Assembly (NCBI GenBank): GCA_964106645.2
Contig: OZ067043.1
Strand: one strand, 5' to 3'
DNA: 64,000 nucleotides
From: Podarcis pityusensis
Taxonomy: Eukaryota
The notes under the pieces are model-generated. The model saw only the letters and a program-made list of their open reading frames with translations. It was not told where the DNA came from and did not search any database. This document shows, piece after piece, positions 1-40,648 of this stretch. The first letter of the stretch is position 1; each line of letters begins with the position of its first letter. The position numbers and the translations under genes were made by a program.

Positions 1-704
1 TGTGGAAATAGGATTAGAAATGTAAGGATTACATGGGGAAGTGCCAAGTACTTGTCCATGCTCCTTTTTAATATGCAAATGCCTTCCTCGTTCCAAGGAG
101 CGTGTTGGTTTCACCTACTTCATCATTCTTGAGAGGCCTTTTGGTGCCTTTTACTTAAATACACCATTTGCTCCCTCATATTTTCAATTGTGCATTGAGA
201 TTGAACAAAAATATGCCATTTCACACTTGCGAGAGAACGGCTGTTTATTCAAGTTAGCATTTTCACCCCAGGCCTGACTGTAATAGCAAAGTCTCTCCCT
301 CTCTTAGGGGTGTCCATTAAAGTGCCTTTCTTTGTAACTATGCTCCAATATTGATTTTTCTGTAATCAAAACCACTTTAGTGCTGTTGGGCTCATGAGAT
401 TGTAAGCTCTAAAAGGCTGCCATGTGTCTTGCTGTCGGGCTTCTTTATGAAGTCAATCTTGCTTTGTTTCTTACATCAAACAACCCATGCAGCAGACGGG
501 GTGAAAAAAAGAAGCCAACCGCTTTGTGACATGCTGATCCCCTTTTTCTTCCTGGGTTTGTTTCTTGTTGCCTGGGCTTGTACATGCACAGTTTGGGGGG
601 GAAAGGCCGGTGCTTAGATTAAAATCTGGCCCCAGAGCAAGGAGAGAGTTGGGGGGACCTAGGAGACCTCAGAGCAGTCTCTCACTACCTCTCTTTCCTT
701 ACAG

Positions 705-29790
<29,086 letters not shown>

Positions 29791-30229
29791 TGTTGGTTGG
29801 CTCCTTCCACCAGGGGCACACTGCACAGGCCCAGCTGGGGCGAAGAGGGCACCGCAAGTGGCAGAAGCACACATGGGGGACCGTAGTGCGTGATGTGAGG
29901 CTACAGCTGGCTGGGTAAGAGCTTGGTTAGGACACTTTGAAGCCTGACTGAGCCGAACAGAATCAAGGGAGGGGGACCGCTCTGGAGACCAGAGCACAGC
30001 CTTAAGGGGGGGCGGTAAGCACCTTCCCTAAAAAACTATAGGCTGAGGCATATATGGACAGATGTGCCACCTTCCCTTGGGCACTTTGGCGCCAGGGCTC
30101 AAGGGCAAGTGGAGCTGCTGACTTGGCCTGGTGCTTTTAAGAGTGACTCATTGGATGAGTTTTAGCGAGAGGGAACTGCACAATGATGGGAATTTTTATA
30201 TATATATGAAGTGAATGTACAGTAAATTA

Positions 30230-30260
30230 AATAAAATGGATCATTAATTATAACAATAAA
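30230..30260 (+). terminator. Candidate SZT2 polyadenylation signals
   Basis: AATAAA at 30230-30235 and 30255-30260, about 450 nt after the stop, followed by T-rich sequence. Confidence 0.65.
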
Positions 30261-30773
30261 AATCTTTTGTCATAGCTTTTCCCCTACAAGCTGCTGAGTT
30301 TATCCCTGGCGCGAAGCGAAGTAGGTTCCCACCAGCCTGCCAGAATGGCGTATCTGCCAGGATGCACTAGACCAGTGCCAGGGTCTTACTCCAGGCTTGC
30401 ATGATGGTGCCAGTTTCTTTTCTAAGGAAGTTGGTTCTGGCTCAGATTGAATTGTGCCACTCATGTCTTCCCATGGTTATACACTGCAGTGTAAGATCTG
30501 GAATGCGAGTAATTTAAGTGGCAGCATGCAGATAGAACCCAGAGGCTAAGATGCCCCTTTAAATCTAGGAAATCTCATCCGGGGCCACTAAGTGGTACTA
30601 AAGAGCTAGATCTGGAGAGGCAGGGACTTCCCTTCCTTTGTGCCACACTAGTCCCCATTCTTGTGAAAGGCATGCCAGCATCATTGCTTAGTGTGATTCC
30701 AGGAAGGTGAACTTTCCTTTTTAGTGGGTCAACCCTTATAACTGCAATGAGTAATTAAAATAAAATAGAAGGA

Positions 30774-30905
30774 TTTATTTCTTACTGGAAAGACCGGGCA
30801 GGAATGTAATCTGTTCAGGAACACAAAGTGACACAAGAGTGAAGCCTTTAGCCATTCCAGGACTTGAGTTGGAGTAAGACCCTAGGAATGCTATTTTGTT
30901 TTATT
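30774..30905 (-). terminator. Candidate HYI polyadenylation signals
   Basis: Minus-strand AATAAA (plus-strand TTTATT) at 30900-30905 and 30774-30779. Confidence 0.55.
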
Positions 30906-31033
30906 AGGAGGCAAAATGCATCCAGAACAAGAGACAAACAAAAAGAACATTGCCTTTCCAAGTTGGCATGTAGTGATTGCACTCCACCTCTGATGCTCTT
31001 TCGTCCAGTTTTTCAGCTGCTGAACTTAACCCC

Positions 31034-31107
31034 TCAGCTTCCACTATCCAGTACACCGCGACTCTTCCAGTACGAGTGCAGCCAGCCCAGCCCTTGCAAT
31101 GTACCTT
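31034..31107 (-). CDS. HYI: HYI terminal coding exon
   Basis: [24 protein letters not shown]; acceptor cttcccttccag. Confidence 0.92.
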
Positions 31108-34100
31108 CTGGAAGGGAAGCCACAAGCATCAGCAACAGCAATTTTGCACTTTTTCAGCACCACCACCATGCCCAGTTTTGGTAGTTGTGAAGCAGAAACA
31201 GTGGGTTACATCAGCAGCCTAAAAATTTCCCAGCTACAACGCAAAATCTCCCCCCATTCCCTTGGGATAATTTAAGCAGACCTGCCTTTGGGCTTGTACT
31301 CGCATCCTACAAAGCCACTGTAACTCATTGACTCCAGCAGCTGGAAGAGGTAAGGGAAGTTTAATTCACCAGGGCTGTCGGGCTCATGCCGTCCTGGTAC
31401 CTGGGCAAACTGAACGTGTCCTGTAGAGAAAGGAGGAAACCATCAGGGGCAAATGAAGGACTAGGCATAGGGGTCTGACGAACTGTTTTGACACTACAGC
31501 AGCATCTGTCCCTTTGCTTAGGAACAACCCCTGCAAGGGATCCCAGTTTTGAAGCCATACTAGGGAACCACTGCACCTTTCCTGTCTTACCAATAATTGG
31601 GAAATACTTTTCCAAGTTCTGAGTCAGGTTACCATCCATGATCTGGCAGTGGAAAATGTCCTGTGGAGTAAACATAAGAAGGCACAGTCTACCTGCCTTC
31701 CAGAGGCTGGACTAGGCCTCCCATCAGCCCCAGCCAAAATGGCCAATGGGCAGGGGGTGGTGGGATCTGGAAGGCACTAGGTTGGGGATGCTCAGCCCCT
31801 CTCATCCCTCTGGTGGGCCTCTTGTTGCACCAACCAGTGTAATAGGTCCTCTAAGCCCAACACCTACTTCTATGGCTGAGGCCAAGTTTTCCTTAGTGAC
31901 ACTCACCAGCTGCAGCTTCAGGCTGGGGCTTCCCACCTTCTTCAAAATGGCAGCAGCTGAAGAAAAATGGAGATTCACAATATCACAACTGATTCTGGGG
32001 GTGGGGGGGTGGGGAGCAATTTGCTCCATTTTCTGTCATTGTGCAGTCCCAAAGCCCATTCTCCAGCAACTTCTAGAACATGAGTGGGGAAATTGTGGCC
32101 CTTCAGATGTTGCTGTATTCAATCTCCTATTGAATAGGAGCGGTGGCCAGCGGTGAAGGATGAAGAGTTGTAGTTCAGCAACATATAGGGCGTCACAGGT
32201 TTCCCACCCTTGCTTTAGAATTGTGTATCCAAAACTTGGGGCTCTTGCTGCTTTTGAACTGCAGTTCCCATCGTCCCTGACCACTGGTCCTGCTAGCTAG
32301 GGATGGTGGAGTTATAGTCCCAAAACAGCTGGAGACTGAAGTTTGGGAAACACTCCTTTAGAAGGACAATTCCCTATCTGTGGAGAAGGGAGGAGTCTTA
32401 GGCCATGGCCTACCTTGCTCTGGAGTAGTCAAGAAGTAACGGGGATCAGTAATCCGGCTATTAATGGGCTCCAATAATCCAGTGATCTTTTCCTGTAATA
32501 CCAGAGCAAGGAAATGGAAGAATAGCCACTCAGTGCCTTAGGCTAGCAAGCGAAGGAAAGTTGCTGCTGGGCAGCTCACCTCTTTTATATTATTTCTTGT
32601 CACTGGCCAGTTTCCTAACCACTGCCACTAGTGCCCAATCACTCCTTTGTGCCCTCCTAATAACTGGGGTGGAGCTTCTTTAAGCAGGTCTTGCTAACAC
32701 TTTGCCTCTTGGGTTCTCTGGAGCTGGAGCTCAGGAAAGTGTCTCACCACCAAATGGAATCAGTGTTGAATAGGCACCTCACCCGTCTGATGAAGCAGTG
32801 CAGGTATGCTGCTTAACAGCCCCTACCTGAGCCAGGACGTCAGCAGCATATCTGAGGTTCTCAATGAAGGTGGCTTCCATCTCTGCTGACACTTCCTCCC
32901 TCTCAGCACCCAAAGGAATTCGCCCGGCCATAATGTGGATCCTGTAAGCAAAAGGCTGGATCAGGATGGAAGAGGGACAGAAGCAGCGGTGCTGACGGCT
33001 TTCTGCCCTCAAGGCATCCACGATGCTGATATGATGCTACTGAAGTGAAAGCTGTCTCATGCCCGCTTTAATTTTCCCCTGAGGAGATGCACTGACCCAC
33101 GAAGCCACCTCCAGCACTCAGCAATCAACACACATCACTACACCAGGGTTTCAGCTGGGATAAGCTAACACCTGCAACATGTAGAAGGAATGACAAGAAC
33201 GTCTGTATCAAAATCATACAAACTATATTCTGTTATTTACCATGAGCTCACCTAGCTTGGCATAGATTATGAGCTCACAAACAGCACCCACAGGCCAGAT
33301 ACGCAAAATCACGATAGGCAGACTGACAAAACCTTAGTAGTATTTGATCGCCATGCTGGACACACACACAATCAGTTGGGTAGGAATGATGATGTGCTTT
33401 CACCATTTCCATGCATGTGTTGCTTGAGGATGAATGGGATTTCTAACTAATTGGTGGTATCTAAAATAGTTAGTAGTCATGCTTAGTCAGCGGCTTAGTC
33501 ATGCTGGCCACATGACCCGGAAGCTGTACGCCGGCTTCCTCAGCCAATAAAACGAGATGAGCGCCGCAACCCCAGAGTCGGCCACGACTGGACCTAATGG
33601 TCAGGGGTCCCTTTACCTTTACCTACTAAAATCATACTTGGAGTGAACCCACTAAAATCGAACTTGCATTAGTTATGACAAATTTATGTCTGCTTGGTTT
33701 CAGTGTGTCTGTTTTACAGTTTAGCAAAATACCAAACAGTGTTGCCGAGTATGACTGCAAAAACAGACTGGTGTTAATTTTCCAAGTTAAAAGGGCATGG
33801 TCTTACACAAAAATAGCCAGCTGCACCACTTTGTTCTGCTTTCTTCGTGTAACGCAAAGTGCCATGCAAAATTGGTATTACCAGTGAGCTTTTGGAAATA
33901 TCCTAACATCTGTCACTCATTACTAGCCTGTGTCTTACTGCCTATGTTTTCTCTCCCTCCGCACTCAGAGGTGAGGTGTCTCATTCTGTTGGACAGCAGA
34001 GACTGCAAGCAACACTTCCATACTCAGTAATGCACCTAAATGGGGCTGCATGGGTTGGTTCATCCCTTTGATGTGGCTACTCATTTGAATCTCTGTTGAC

Positions 34101-36069
34101 TACACTGCTAAACATCCCATCCAGAAGTTCATGTCCGCTTGAGATGAACATGGGAAATTACTTTATATTGGTAGGTTACAGGTCTGTTTAGCTTAGCAAT
34201 GTCTACACCAGCCTTCCCCAACCTTGGGTCCCCTGAAGTCATTAAACTACAACTCCCATTGTCCTTGACCACTGGCCACTGCTGGCTAGGAATGATAGGA
34301 GTTGTAGTACAACAAGTTCTAGGGACCCAAGGCTGAGAAAGGCTGATCTGCAGTGATTTGCAGTGGCTCTCCAGGGTTTCAGGCGGGTGTCTCTCAACAC
34401 TACCTGTAGATGCCCGGGATGGAACATTAAACCTTCTGCATGCAAAGCACAGAATTGTAGTGTTGGAAGAGACCCTGAGGATCATCTAGTCCAACCCCTT
34501 GCAATGCAAGAATATGCATTTGCTCTTATCACTGAACTATGGCTCCTCCCACAATGGGTTTGCCTTGAGAGTGATAGACCGGCTGCGTCATGTCTAAAGA
34601 TGCCACTGTGTTCAGAAAATAAAAGCCTTTAAAATGGAAAAGCTGTTCTTATTACACTTGTCTTTTAACTAGTGAATGAATAAACAAGATTTTAAAACAA
34701 AACCACTCCAGGCAGGAAAGTAGCTAGTTTTACCAAAGGTGCCAATCTCAGCGCCAGGGCTGGGGACGCCCTAAATGGGAGAGAATGTGTGTATTCACTA
34801 ATAGAAGGATCTTAATCTCCACTGTTCTCACCAGCAACACTTGACCTCTCTCCTCCCTTGCATCCCCTTATTCCACCTTGCTGCTAACTGTGTGCTTTTG
34901 CTGTTCTTTAGGTTTTGTTCCTCCTCCCTATCTTTGGAGTCAAATTTCCACTTTCTGTCCATCACACCACCCTGCTTCAATCCTCCTTAAAACCAGCCCC
35001 TCCGTTGAAATAATACATGACTGTGCAAAAATTATCTTCCTGTAAGACTCTCTTCCCTTTTGCTCATATTTGGCCTTTAATTGCCCTTCTCCTTTTTAAA
35101 ATATTTATGTACTACAAGACTGTCCTAATAAAGGCTGCATGCTGCATATTTTAATGCAGGAAGACACTACCCTGAGCAAGGGAAGATTTGCAGCAGCAGC
35201 AGGGGTAAAATAAATTTATGGTTTCCTTGCATAAGGCAAGAAAAATACTATGGAACTATGGACACGGAGCTTTGGAAAGGGGCTAGATCCTGTGCCTCCT
35301 TCCTTAGCACATTTCCCACCTTTAGCAAAGAAGACCCCAGAGTGGAGTGGGGGCAGGGGGAAGATGAGGAAAGATGCTTCATTTCAATAAAGGATAGCAA
35401 TTGATTCTTTCTAGCATGGCTAGCAGGTATGCTGACAAACAAGTAAAAAAACAGGCAAACACATAACTTGCCCTTTGCTTTCTTTCCAGGTTTGAGGGCC
35501 TGCTTTTGCATGGGTCTGTGATGAAAAAGGCACTTAAATTATACCACTTCACTTTCAAAGTGCAATAGTGAGGAGACGTGTGACTCAATTAACACAACAA
35601 CCACTGCAGCAATTCTGATCATTCCTGTATCATGGCACAAGGAAGACACTGGTGTTCAATATACATATATCTTAACTACTTAAAATACTACCTTGGACAT
35701 TTCAGGACCTTGCAGTACTTCACAGCCAAAGCCAGGGCCTCCCGGAATTCATGCTGGCGGCCAGGCACTGCCCCTAAGCCCCTGTCACCATCTTGGTTTC
35801 CTGGAGAAAGAGCAGTAAAATTTACCCAATATATATAGTGGTACCTTGGGTTACATACACTTCAGGTTACATACGCTTCAGGTTACAGACTCCGCTAACC
35901 CAGAAATAGGGTTAAGAACTTTGCTTCAGGATGAGAACAGAAATCGTGCAGTGGCGGCGCAGCAGCAGCAGGCGGCCCCATTAGCTAAAGTGGTGCTTCA
36001 GGTTAAGAACAGTTTCTGGTTAAGAACAGACCTCCAAAACGAATTAAGTTCTTAACCCGAGGTACCACT

Positions 36070-36104
<35 letters not shown>

Positions 36105-37008
36105 AGTTGCAGGGAACAATAGTAGGAAATAGATGTCTACCATAAATGATACCTGCTGTCCTATATGTCAGCTAAGTGCTCCTATGTTTGGGGTCAGGAA
36201 CAGGTGAGAGGTACAGAACAAACAGCTTTATTTGCTTGGTCTTTGGCAAGTAGAAGGGCAGTCTATAACCTCTACTAGGAATATCTTCAATTGAAACAAC
36301 CACTGTTTTGAGTGTAAGGGAAAAGGCCATTCTGGGAGGCAGCAGGGCTTGGGGGGCAAGAAAATGGACCCATATCTTCTCTCCAAGCCTGTGAAAGAGA
36401 CATCCAGTGTACAGTAAAGTGAGAGGGAGACGTTGGGCACTATCTTGGGTGCCAAGGTTGATACAGAGAAAGAGGAAAAGAGGTGGTGGACTTTGCACCT
36501 GCAGGAACCGGTAGCAAGTTTCAACTGGTAACAGGTGAGGTCTACAACTTTGTTGTTTGTTTTTTTAAAAAAAGGTAAAAGCTGTACAGCAGCAGGCAGA
36601 AAAGAGATTTAGTGTTTCCAGAAAGACGCAGAGACTATTAAGCTCTACCTGCTGACTTCTGCCTGCTTGCCTTTTCACCCTTTCCGTGAAAAGCCGACCC
36701 CGTTGTAGTAGTGCCTATGGAGGTCATGGGAGAAGGCTGGGTCCGGGTGGAGAGAGCGTATTATGTCTGCGAGGGAAGGGCTCTAGCCACGGGCAACTCG
36801 GTCGGGTACCTGGCGGGGCGTTGAGCAGGACCAGCTCCAGCTTGGCCTTGTCTGCCGCCTCCCGCAGCTCCTCGGCGCTGCAAGCGTAAGGGACGCCCAA
36901 CTCCGCCGCTCGGAAGCCGGCCTGCGCAGCCGCCTCTATGCGCTGCGGCAGCGTCGGCTTCTCCTGGAAGAGCCACGCCAGGTTGGCAGCGAAGCGCAGC
37001 GGAGCCAT
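31034..37008 (-). CDS. HYI: Putative hydroxypyruvate isomerase HYI, complete, 8 exons, 276 aa
   Basis: Spliced 831-nt CDS: [14 protein letters not shown]...[11 protein letters not shown]...[12 protein letters not shown]...[14 protein letters not shown]...GCEYKP...GLGWLHSYW. Matches the recalled HYI / xylose-isomerase-like TIM-barrel family. Strong Kozak context GCCATGG. Confidence 0.96.
31286..31420 (-). CDS. HYI: HYI exon 7 (GC donor)
   Basis: [45 protein letters not shown]; donor AAG|GCAGGT. Confidence 0.93.
31591..31660 (-). CDS. HYI: HYI exon 6
   Basis: [23 protein letters not shown]. Confidence 0.95.
31907..31956 (-). CDS. HYI: HYI exon 5
   Basis: [17 protein letters not shown]. Confidence 0.94.
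32079..32355. mobile_element. Two tandem short hAT MITEs (32079-32212 and 32221-32355)
   Basis: Imperfect TIRs and internal GAGTTGTAGTTC / GAGTTATAGTCC motifs; 8-bp target TTCTAGAA / CTTTAGAA / CTTTAGAA flanks and separates them. Confidence 0.65.
32414..32492 (-). CDS. HYI: HYI exon 4
   Basis: [26 protein letters not shown]. Confidence 0.95.
32827..32941 (-). CDS. HYI: HYI exon 3
   Basis: [14 protein letters not shown]...[14 protein letters not shown]. Confidence 0.95.
33488..33624 (+). mobile_element. Sauria SINE 3' fragment
   Basis: GCTGGCCACATGACCCGGAAG...GAGATGAGCGCCGCAACCCCAGAGTCG...CCTTTACCTTTACCT. Confidence 0.85.
35692..35800 (-). CDS. HYI: HYI exon 2
   Basis: [36 protein letters not shown]. 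Confidence 0.94.
35836..36070. mobile_element. Tc1/mariner (Tigger-like) MITE
   Basis: TIR (C/T)AGTGGTACCTYGGGTTA ... TAACCCGAGGTACCACTG, TA flanks; near-identical to 60038-60295. Confidence 0.88.
36072..36103. repeat. (CA)n microsatellite
   Basis: Perfect CA run directly after the MITE TA. Confidence 0.95.
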
Positions 37009-37345
37009 GGCGGACAGCGCAGCGCCTGAGACACCCAGCAAAGGCCGCGAGAGGAGGGGCGGAGGCGGCGCCCACGCCCCTGGCCGGCAGGGGAGGTGTC
37101 CGGGCAACAAGCCCTTGGCGCCCGCTGCGCGCTGCTGCTCCGCCTCCGAGCAGGAAGAGAGCTGGAGCGCGGACGCTCGCGCCGCGTGGGAAAGAGGCGC
37201 AAGGGCCTGCGGGTCGCAGTCTTGCCGCGAGAGGGCGTTCGTCGGCTCTGCGCCGGCTCTCTTGCCCCTCCACCCACCCCGTTTGTATTCTGGTGTATCC
37301 GGAGAACACGTGTCGCATCGCTCGGCTTCTCTCGACCAGACCGGG
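36690..37345. promoter_or_regulatory. CpG island / HYI promoter and 5' region
   Basis: The only long, very GC- and CpG-dense stretch in the window; it covers HYI exon 1. GC box GGGCGG at 37057-37062 and E-box CACGTG at 37307-37312. Confidence 0.85.
36810..37008 (-). CDS. HYI: HYI exon 1
   Basis: [18 protein letters not shown]...LVLLNAPP; donor gtaccc. Confidence 0.94.
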
Positions 37346-38942
37346 GGACACACACATTTTTTCATATTGTATAAAAACATCTCCTTTGGCACTTCATTTC
37401 CTCTGTCCATACACCAATGTGCACCACCTTTACTGGAGGCCTACCCTAGATTGCATTGCCCCTAGATTCTCACCCTGCTGCTGCCCTAGGAATATATGTT
37501 CATCATTCCCAGTTTCTGAAGACTTCCCACATGGATGATAGTATTTCCCAAGAATACCTGTTCTTAGATTCCACCTGCTCTGTCCTGAAGGATGTCACAA
37601 AAGCCTATCCAGCCCAGCATCTTGCTTTTCCACAATGGTCCACCAAATGCATTATGACAAGTCCATAAGAACAACGTGAGCACAACAGTCCCCTCCTGCT
37701 GTCCCTCCCTGGCAACTGTTATTTAGAGGCATGGTGCCTCTGATCCTGATGCATATAACCATTGCAACTCCTAATCATTAATGGCTTTGTTCTCCGTTAA
37801 TTTGCTTAATCCCCTTTTAAATCCATCTAATACCTGTATAGTTCTTCTCCTTGCTCAGAAGGTAGACCAATACATGCTTCCCAGCCACAGCTTGTGCAGG
37901 AAGGAAACACAGGTGGAGCCACATAGCTCAAGCAATCAAGCCAAGCCAGGCACAACAAGGGAAGGGAAAAGACAGATCCTTGCCAGAAACTGCTACCCCA
38001 CAACCCTGCCCCTGACTCCCTTAGGTCTTTTTCTAAATAATTATTCAAAGTCAAGGACATCTCAGAGACATGGATCCAGAGACTGAACTTAAGTGGGGTT
38101 TTTTTTGCTCAATACCCTGCAAGAAGATTATACACACCCTCCTAACCATGCACTTTGCAATTCTTAGCTGCTCTGCGGCACTGCTGTGCCCAGCCTCTGC
38201 TTTGCATTTTGCACACGGCTCCTCTGTGGCCCGATGCATGCTGTTTGTTTGCTTTGAAGTGATGTATAATCTGCGCTGATAATTAAAGAACGTCATTCCA
38301 GGGTTAGTATTTATTGATACCAATTTAACTCGCCTCATACATCAAACACCAACCATCCATTGAAATCCCTGGTGAATTTCTGCATCCCAGAGACCTTGTT
38401 TTCATTACCCAGAACTGACAGGAATGACTTTTGGGGCACTGGTTCTTCTGCTTTGCCTGAGGCTTTGTATAGGCCACCTTTTTCGTCCTTCAGCACAGAC
38501 AGAAGCAATTGCTGCTGTTCTGGATTAAATGGGGTCTGCAGTAGGGCAGTGTGATGCTTTTTTATATTATTATTGCTACATATTGTATGTGAGCAAGTCT
38601 CTTGGGGTACAGGTTCAGGGCTCTGGAAATTTGGGGTGCATTGTATTAGGGAACAAGTTCAGTTTTTCTAGACTGAATATTTAGTGTAACTAATGTTTGC
38701 TGAATCAAGCTCCTGATAGACATAGAGGAGACAGGGACTGTTTCAGTCTCATGATGGTCCAAATCACAGCCCAGGGGATTTGTGGCGCCAGCATAAAATG
38801 GCCGTCTAAGCATGGAATTGCCCAAAGACCACACAAATCCTACACACACCTTTGCACCTCTTTCTCCTCCCCTCTTTCTTGTTCATCTTCTGCTTCTGAT
38901 TTAACACTTATTCAGGCAACTAGCAGAACAGGAACCCATCAA

Positions 38943-39050
38943 AAGAACATAAGGAGAGCCTGCTGGTTCTAGTCCAACATCCTGTTTTCACAGTGGCCAA
39001 CCAGATGCCTGTGGGGAAACCTGCAAGCAGGATCCAAGCGCAAGAGCCCT
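38943..39050 (-). mobile_element. CR1-type LINE 3' fragment
   Basis: AAGAACATAAGGAGAGCCTGCTGG...CTAGTCCAACATCCTGTT...GTGGCCAACCAGATGCC; related degenerate copies at ~39215-39380 and ~60704-61100. Confidence 0.6.
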
Positions 39051-39410
39051 CTCAATAGCTACAGCTGCCTGGGGCTGATGGGAGCTGTAATCCCAAACAT
39101 CTGGATGGCACTATGTCATCAAAAGCTGGTCTATAAGGCAAGGCTGTCCATCAGTTGGCTCTCTTTACATAAACCAAACCCCCCTCCTTTCTCTAGAATC
39201 AGAAGAATATTTTAACACATGAAAAAGCTCTGCTAGATCAAAGCAAAGGTCCATCTGGTCCAGCATCCTGTTTCTCACAGTGTCCGGCTAAATGTCTTCA
39301 GAAACCTCACATAAAGAGTCCCCCTTGTTGTCATCCTCCCCCCTCAGCATCTGATACTCAGAAGCAGGCAGATTCTGAATGAAACGCCTAATAAAAAATA
39401 GCTTTATTTA

Positions 39411-39579
39411 CCGTATTTTTTGCACCATAACACTCACTTTTTTCCTCCTAAAAAGTAAGGGGAAATGTCTGTGCGTGTTACGGAGGGAATGCCTACGGGT
39501 GGCATGCCTACGGATTTTCCTCCTCTAAAAACTATGTGCGTGTTATGGTCAGGTGCGTGTTATAGAGCGAAAAATACGG
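39411..39579. mobile_element. Tc2/pogo-like MITE
   Basis: TIRs CCGTATTTTT(T/C)GC...GCGAAAAATACGG with TA on both sides. Confidence 0.85.
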
Positions 39580-40604
39580 TAATTCCTGCCCCTCCCAATA
39601 CATATTTGAGATCATACACGTCTTTTGTACCATGCTGTAAACATTTTGGCCTCTTTCACGTCACCTTGCACAGAGTGCCCTCTGGAACGTGTTTCTGAGC
39701 ATTTGCCCAAGCCACCTCAGTTTAAGCAACCTCTCTTTATACGGTTGACAACTTTGTCAGATACTAGTTCCATGCACCAATTCACTGGCTTTCCTCTTAA
39801 CTTCTATATATATATATAGATATATATGTATTATTAATCTCCACCTGCCTTATGTTTTTTTGGGTTCACTGAGTGAAGTTGACGGTGTGAGACATGTAAT
39901 TATTAAGTGATTTTCCATTTCAGAGACATCATTTCACAGTTTTGCACATTCATTTCATACATCAGATCATATAAAGCATCACATGTTCTCGAAACTCCAT
40001 ATGCACAACAGTTGCTTTCTATAACCTGAGGCAGGGAATAACCCAGGGTGTTGCTTCAAGCAGCTATTTTGAATTTTTTTGTGAATATCTACAACATTAT
40101 TATGGGACTACCACTAAAAAGGGATATAAATAAGGAGGATGCAGTTTATCTAGGCTTCAGCACATAAATCACAGAGAAGGCTACAGAAGTAACTGGTTTA
40201 CTGGTGAAGATTCTCCAGCTGTTCAGAATAAGCTGCAAACAACACATATGCATACACAGTGTTGTGTGTTTGTGTTTGTGTGTGTTTGCTTTCCTTTGTT
40301 TCATTAATTAACCATACAGGAAGCCTTTATGGCTGAGGTCGGCAACTGGCAGCACCCAAGCTCAGTTCAACTCCTGGACAATTGCCAGTTGGCCCATAGA
40401 CCCATTTCCTCCCTGTTGTTATTCCTTCCCTCTCACTTGGCAGTCTGCTTGCTTGCCTGCTGCTGCTGCTGCTGCTGCTACAGCAGCCAGGTTGGACTTA
40501 AAAGCCCGCTCCCAGCATGTGGCAAACAAAAGGAAGGAGAAAAGCAGGAGAACACAGCAACCATCCATGAATTTGTCCATTAATTCTGCATTATCCAGAG
40601 ACAA

Positions 40605-40607
<3 letters not shown>

Positions 40608-40645
<38 letters not shown>
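40608..40645. repeat. (TG)n microsatellite
   Basis: Seen directly in sequence. Confidence 0.95.

Positions 40646-40648
<3 letters not shown>

Noticed and set aside
36724-37465. Several overlapping long ORFs on both strands
   Set aside because: Expected by-product of the GC-rich CpG island; only the HYI frame has recognisable homology.
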